DNA of 64,000 nucleotides from Escherichia coli. Its GTDB lineage: Bacteria > Pseudomonadota > Gammaproteobacteria > Enterobacterales > Enterobacteriaceae. The notes below the pieces were generated by a model. That model was not told the DNA's origin. It did no database searches and saw only the letters and a list, made by a program, of their open reading frames with translations. The stretch is from assembly GCF_003018255.1 (NCBI RefSeq), contig NZ_CP027440.1, one strand, 5' to 3'. This document shows, in pieces, positions 59,337 to 64,000 of this stretch (position 1 is the stretch's first letter; every line of letters starts with the position of its first letter). The translations under genes were made by a program, and so were the position numbers.

Positions 59337-61190
59337 TTACATCTTCTCCAGCAACTTCTTCACATCTTTGCCATTGCGGGAATCTTTATTCCGCTCGGCC
59401 CAGTCATTCAGGCGACGTTTCGCTTCGTCCTGTAGATGTTTGCGCAGTAACTGATCCACTTGCAGGCTGTAATTAAGTTGCTGCCAGTTGCCATAAACCC
59501 GCAGCGGTACTGGCGTTTCTTTGAGGAAATCAATCAGTTTGCTTTCCCCGTTCCAACCGCCAATCACACGAATGTCAAACTGGGTGTCGCAGGTTTGATC
59601 TGCCAGATTCAACATGCCTTCCCCTGTCAGCGCCAGCACAGGCGATTGACCTTGCATGTCGTTTAACGTCACGACGCCATCCTTCAACGTCAAATCGGTG
59701 GTAAAGCGGTCAAGACGCGTTACGTTATCGAAGTTTTCAGCGGCCTTCACATCACCACCATTACGTTCTACCGCTTGCTGAATCATCTGCTGGAAGTTCA
59801 TCCCTTCCATGCGCGTGTCGGTCATTTCGACATGTGCCTGTCCTTGCCAGTTATGGCGGAATGCGTCGGCATCTATGTCAGCACCGGAGAAATCACCAGC
59901 CAGTGACATCTTTCCGGTCAACGAAATCGGATAGTTAAACGCCTTCAGAATGGTGCCAATCTCAACGTTTTCCAGCCGTGGCTGGAAGTTTATTCGCGGA
60001 TTTATTGATGTCGCGTCCAGCGTGCCCGGCAGTGAAACCTGTCCACCGTTAAGTTTGCCCTGCAGTTGAGTAATTTCCAGCAGACCCGACTTGTTGGTCA
60101 TTTGCGTGGCAACATCTGTAAAATTCATTCCGCGCCAGCGCACGTTACTGGCCTGCAACAAAATATCAGCCGTAAAGCCTTGCAGTCCCTGATAGGCCGG
60201 TTCATCAATACGCGAAGAAATGACCGGGCGCGGCAACGTGGATTGGCTCTGCCCCTGCTGCGCGGCACCGTTTTCACCGTTCGCTGTTTCTTTAAGCGGG
60301 ATGAGGTTGTCAAGATTCAGTTGCGGGAATTGCAGCCTCAGCTGCCATTCCGGTTTCTCTGTCAGCGTGACCTGTGCTTGCCCGCTCAGCGTACTGTCAT
60401 TGGCGGTCAAGCTGATTTGGTTAAATGAAAGGCGTTTATGTGACTCCTGCCACTGGGCCTGGAAACTCCCCTGCCCCTGAATACCTTGTTTTGGTAAATC
60501 TGCACCCTGCAACTGCCAGTTAACTTGTTCAATAGCCGCCGTTAAATCATGCGGATAATCAGAAGCATCTACCGTACCGTTAAGGGATATCGTGAGATCG
60601 CGCTGATCGCGATTAACCCGCCCGGAGAACTCAAATGAACCACGATGTTGGGGATCTTGTTCCATTTGCAGGCGAATATTGCGGATTGTCACCTGCTCGT
60701 CATCTTCATGCTGGAACACCAGCACGCTGTCCGCCACCTTAAGACTGGATATATCAAACGACCATCCGCGATCGTCTGACAGATCCGGCAAGGTATTGTC
60801 GCGCGGTGCAACCGGAGCGTCTTCACTGCGCACCGCTTCCGTCTGCGGCGTCAGTTGGATCACTGCCCCTTTTAGCATCACCTGCTTAACGCTCAGTTGA
60901 TGACTCAGCAGTGGTAAAAGCGCCACGTCCAGACGCATGTTGTCTGCGCGAACCAGTGGCTGGCTCGCGCCCTGGGCAGTGAGAGACATTCGCCCGGAGA
61001 GGATACTAAGCTGCGGCCAGACGTGCCAACGCAGTGGCCCGTCGAGCTGCAATTGATAACCGCTACGTGCAGCAACTTGCTTGACCATATAGTCGCGGAA
61101 ATCATTCGGATTCACCAGCAACACTAACGCAGATAACCCGGCCACCAGCACGACCAGGAGTATCATCAGCGTCGTCAGAAATCGTCTCAT
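59337..61190 (-). CDS. asmA: Outer membrane assembly protein AsmA
   Basis: 617 aa ORF with N-terminal TM anchor (MRRFLTTLMILLVVLVAGLSALVLL); synteny with dcd and udk. Confidence 0.92.
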   Translation of the reverse strand: MRRFLTTLMILLVVLVAGLSALVLLVNPNDFRDYMVKQVAARSGYQLQLDGPLRWHVWPQLSILSGRMSLTAQGASQPLVRADNMRLDVALLPLLSHQLSVKQVMLKGAVIQLTPQTEAVRSEDAPVAPRDNTLPDLSDDRGWSFDISSLKVADSVLVFQHEDDEQVTIRNIRLQMEQDPQHRGSFEFSGRVNRDQRDLTISLNGTVDASDYPHDLTAAIEQVNWQLQGADLPKQGIQGQGSFQAQWQESHKRLSFNQISLTANDSTLSGQAQVTLTEKPEWQLRLQFPQLNLDNLIPLKETANGENGAAQQGQSQSTLPRPVISSRIDEPAYQGLQGFTADILLQASNVRWRGMNFTDVATQMTNKSGLLEITQLQGKLNGGQVSLPGTLDATSINPRINFQPRLENVEIGTILKAFNYPISLTGKMSLAGDFSGADIDADAFRHNWQGQAHVEMTDTRMEGMNFQQMIQQAVERNGGDVKAAENFDNVTRLDRFTTDLTLKDGVVTLNDMQGQSPVLALTGEGMLNLADQTCDTQFDIRVIGGWNGESKLIDFLKETPVPLRVYGNWQQLNYSLQVDQLLRKHLQDEAKRRLNDWAERNKDSRNGKDVKKLLEKM

Positions 61191-61211
61191 GGTATCCTCA
61201 ATGGGCCTGAA

Positions 61212-61793
61212 TTAGTCTTTATCGATTCGACTGGCTACCGCGCCCTGCTGGTTGCGATATTTCGCATCTTCACGGCGGTTGTAAGGTCGCGCCGCCGGGC
61301 CGGAAAGCGGCTCAAAGCTCAGCGCACCAATTAACATGCCCGGACGCAGCGCCAGCGGCAGCTTACCGGAGTTGTAGAACTCCAGCACAATACAGCCAGA
61401 CCAGCCCGGATCGATACGGTGCGCGGTGACGTGCACCATAAGCCCCAGACGCGCCAGTGAGGAACGACCGTCCAGCCATCCCACCAGATCGGCTGGCAGC
61501 GTCACCGACTCCAGCGTCACCGCCAGCGCCAGCTCTCCTGGGTGAAGATAAAACGCCTCGCTTTCATCGAGTACGATCTCATCGCTCATCACGCGGTCAA
61601 GCGCGGCGCTCACTTCATCTTTGGGACCGCTCAGATCGATAAACGCAGCCGTGTGACCACGGAAGGTACGAAATTTATTGCCCAGGCGCACATCCACCGT
61701 CGCGCCGTTAATACGCTCCACTGGCGGACGTGGGTTGATCGACAAACGGCCTTCATCAAGCCAGGCTTCAATATCTCGGTCACACAGACGCAT
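61212..61793 (-). CDS. dcd: dCTP deaminase
   Basis: 193 aa [26 protein letters not shown]. Confidence 0.95.
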   Translation of the reverse strand: MRLCDRDIEAWLDEGRLSINPRPPVERINGATVDVRLGNKFRTFRGHTAAFIDLSGPKDEVSAALDRVMSDEIVLDESEAFYLHPGELALAVTLESVTLPADLVGWLDGRSSLARLGLMVHVTAHRIDPGWSGCIVLEFYNSGKLPLALRPGMLIGALSFEPLSGPAARPYNRREDAKYRNQQGAVASRIDKD

Positions 61794-61884
61794 GGCATTT
61801 TCTCCTTTCGCGCATCACTCCCTTAACGCCAATTACGTCAAGGGCATACCAGGTTATCACTGAACGGTACACAATTTATCAAGC

Positions 61885-62526
61885 TTATTCAAAGAACTGA
61901 CTTATTTTCGCTTTCAATATATCGATGGCGATGCGGTTTTTCCCGCCGCGCGGCACGATAATGTCCGCATATTGTTTAGAAGGCTCAATGAATTGCAGGA
62001 ACATCGGACGCACGGTTTTTTGATATTGCGCCATCACTGAATCCATTGAACGCCCACGCTCGTTAACGTCACGCTTGATGCGGCGCATCAGGCAGATATC
62101 CAGCGGGGTATCAACGAAAATGGAGAAGTTAAGTTCATCACGCAAACGCGCATCCGTCAGCAGCAAAATGCCTTCGAGAATGATGACTTTCTTCGGCTCA
62201 ACCGTCACCGTTTCTTTCATACGCGTATGTTCAACATAGCTGTAAACCGGCAGGTCAATGGCCGAGCCGCGTTTCAACGCTTGTAAATGCTCAAGCAACA
62301 GGCTGTGATCCATAGCGCTGGGATGGTCGTAGTTGGTCTTAACGCGTTCTTCCATCGACAGATGGCTTTGATCTTTGTAATAGCAGTCTTCGGGAATTAC
62401 GCCGATGTGTTCATCACCGACTTGCTCACGTAATTCACGATAAAGGGTACTGGCAATAAGACTCTTGCCGGAAGCCGATGCGCCAGCGATACCGATAATG
62501 ACGCACTGATGAGACTGATCAGTCAT
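61885..62526 (-). CDS. udk: Uridine/cytidine kinase
   Basis: ORF 61885..62589; start placed at [22 protein letters not shown] (P-loop). Confidence 0.95.
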
Positions 62527-62853
62527 ATATTTAGCGACCTGATTAACCTGGATGTTAGGAAGGGGGCGACGAAGCGCCAAACGCGGCAATTATAGGGATT
62601 TCATCCGCCTGATACCAGTCGAATAGCGTTGCCGCGCGCTCAGAGTTAATTGTTGACGAAGAATTCCCGGTGGCAAATTACGTTGATCAGTTTTATACAA
62701 GGTAAAAATTGTTATACGCAGTTGCGCAAATTATCCGCCTTTACGTCACTTTATGAGCAATTCGCATATAAAATGTAAAACTTTTGTACTAGCATAAACA
62801 CAGAAACGAATACTGGCGACCTGGTCTTGCGGATAAAGCGGTAATGAGCAAAC

Positions 62854-64000
62854 AATCACAGCATGTATTAATTGCCCTGCCCCACCCGCTGCTTCACCTG
62901 GTCAGTTTAGGTTTAGTCTCGTTTATCTTTACCCTTTTCTCGCTTGAGCTTTCGCAGTTTGGCACCCAACTCGCCCCACTGTGGTTCCCGACGTCCATCA
63001 TGATGGTGGCGTTTTATCGCCATGCCGGGCGCATGTGGCCGGGGATTGCGCTGAGCTGCTCGCTGGGAAATATCGCCGCATCCATCCTGCTTTTTTCCAC
63101 CAGCTCGCTGAACATGACCTGGACGACCATCAATATTGTTGAAGCCGTGGTCGGGGCAGTGCTACTGCGTAAATTGCTGCCGTGGTATAACCCATTGCAA
63201 AATCTGGCTGACTGGCTGCGTCTGGCACTCGGCAGCGCCATTGTTCCACCTCTGTTAGGGGGTGTTCTGGTTATCCTGCTGACGCCCGGAGACGATCCTC
63301 TCAGGGCATTTTTGATATGGGTACTGTCAGAATCCATCGGCGCACTGGCACTGGTGCCGCTGGGATTGTTATTTAAACCACACTATCTGCTGCGCCATCG
63401 CAACCCACGGTTGCTTTTTGAGTCGCTGCTCACGTTAGCCATCACACTGACGTTAAGCTGGCTTTCGATGCTGTATCTGCCGTGGCCTTTTACTTTCATT
63501 ATTGTGCTGTTGATGTGGAGCGCCGTGCGCCTGCCACGAATGGAAGCCTTTTTGATCTTCCTTACCACGGTGATGATGGTGTCACTGATGATGGCCGCGG
63601 ATCCCTCCCTGCTTGCTACGCCGCGTACATACCTGATGAGCCATATGCCGTGGCTACCGTTTTTGCTGATCCTGCTGCCCGCCAACATCATGACCATGGT
63701 GATGTATGCCTTTCGTGCGGAACGCAAACACATTTCCGAAAGCGAAACCCGCTTTCGGAACGCGATGGAATATTCCGCCATCGGCATGGCATTAGTGGGC
63801 ACCGAGGGACAATGGCTGCAATCCAACAAAGCGCTCTGCCAGTTTCTCGGTTACAGTCAGGAAGAGCTGCGCGGACTCACCTTTCAGCAACTGACCTGGC
63901 CGGAGGATCTCAATAAAGATCTGCAACAGGTTGAAAAGCTGATCAGCGGTGAAATAAACACCTATTCAATGGAAAAACGCTACTACAACCGCAATGGCGA
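62854..64000 (+). CDS. dgcE: Diguanylate cyclase DgcE (YegE), N-terminal membrane (MASE1-like) region; gene continues past the window end
   Basis: ATG at 62854 (MSKQSQHVLIALPHP...) opens a frame with no stop before the window end; it is missing from the ORF track only because it is unterminated; hydrophobic N-terminus then PAS-like region; synteny after udk. Confidence 0.85.

Overview
This window reads as a contiguous Escherichia coli-type chromosomal segment with a non-K-12 layout. Gene order: distal propanediol-utilisation (pdu) microcompartment genes (pduS partial, pduT, pduU, pduV) – yeeX – yeeA – sbmC – dacD – sbcB – plaP – yeeY – yeeZ – hisLGDCBHAFI – wzzB – ugd – gnd – an AT-rich O-antigen cassette – galF – a Z3206/gnu-like epimerase – the complete colanic acid cluster (wcaM to wza, minus strand) – yegH – a HigB/HigA-like toxin-antitoxin pair – asmA – dcd – udk – start of dgcE (yegE). 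The O-antigen cassette holds gne, three family-2 glycosyltransferases, wzx, wzy and an unassigned HAD-like/membrane-protein pair. All calls come from reading the supplied six-frame translations and the nucleotide sequence against remembered protein families; no database search or computation was run. Coordinates for hand-traced starts and motifs may be off by a base or two. The most interesting candidates are the HAD-like plus polytopic membrane protein pair inside the O-antigen operon, the HigBA-like module between yegH and asmA, and the intact pdu shell genes abutting yeeX. Relative to the K-12 layout as I recall it, yeeD/yeeE and yefM-yoeB are absent.
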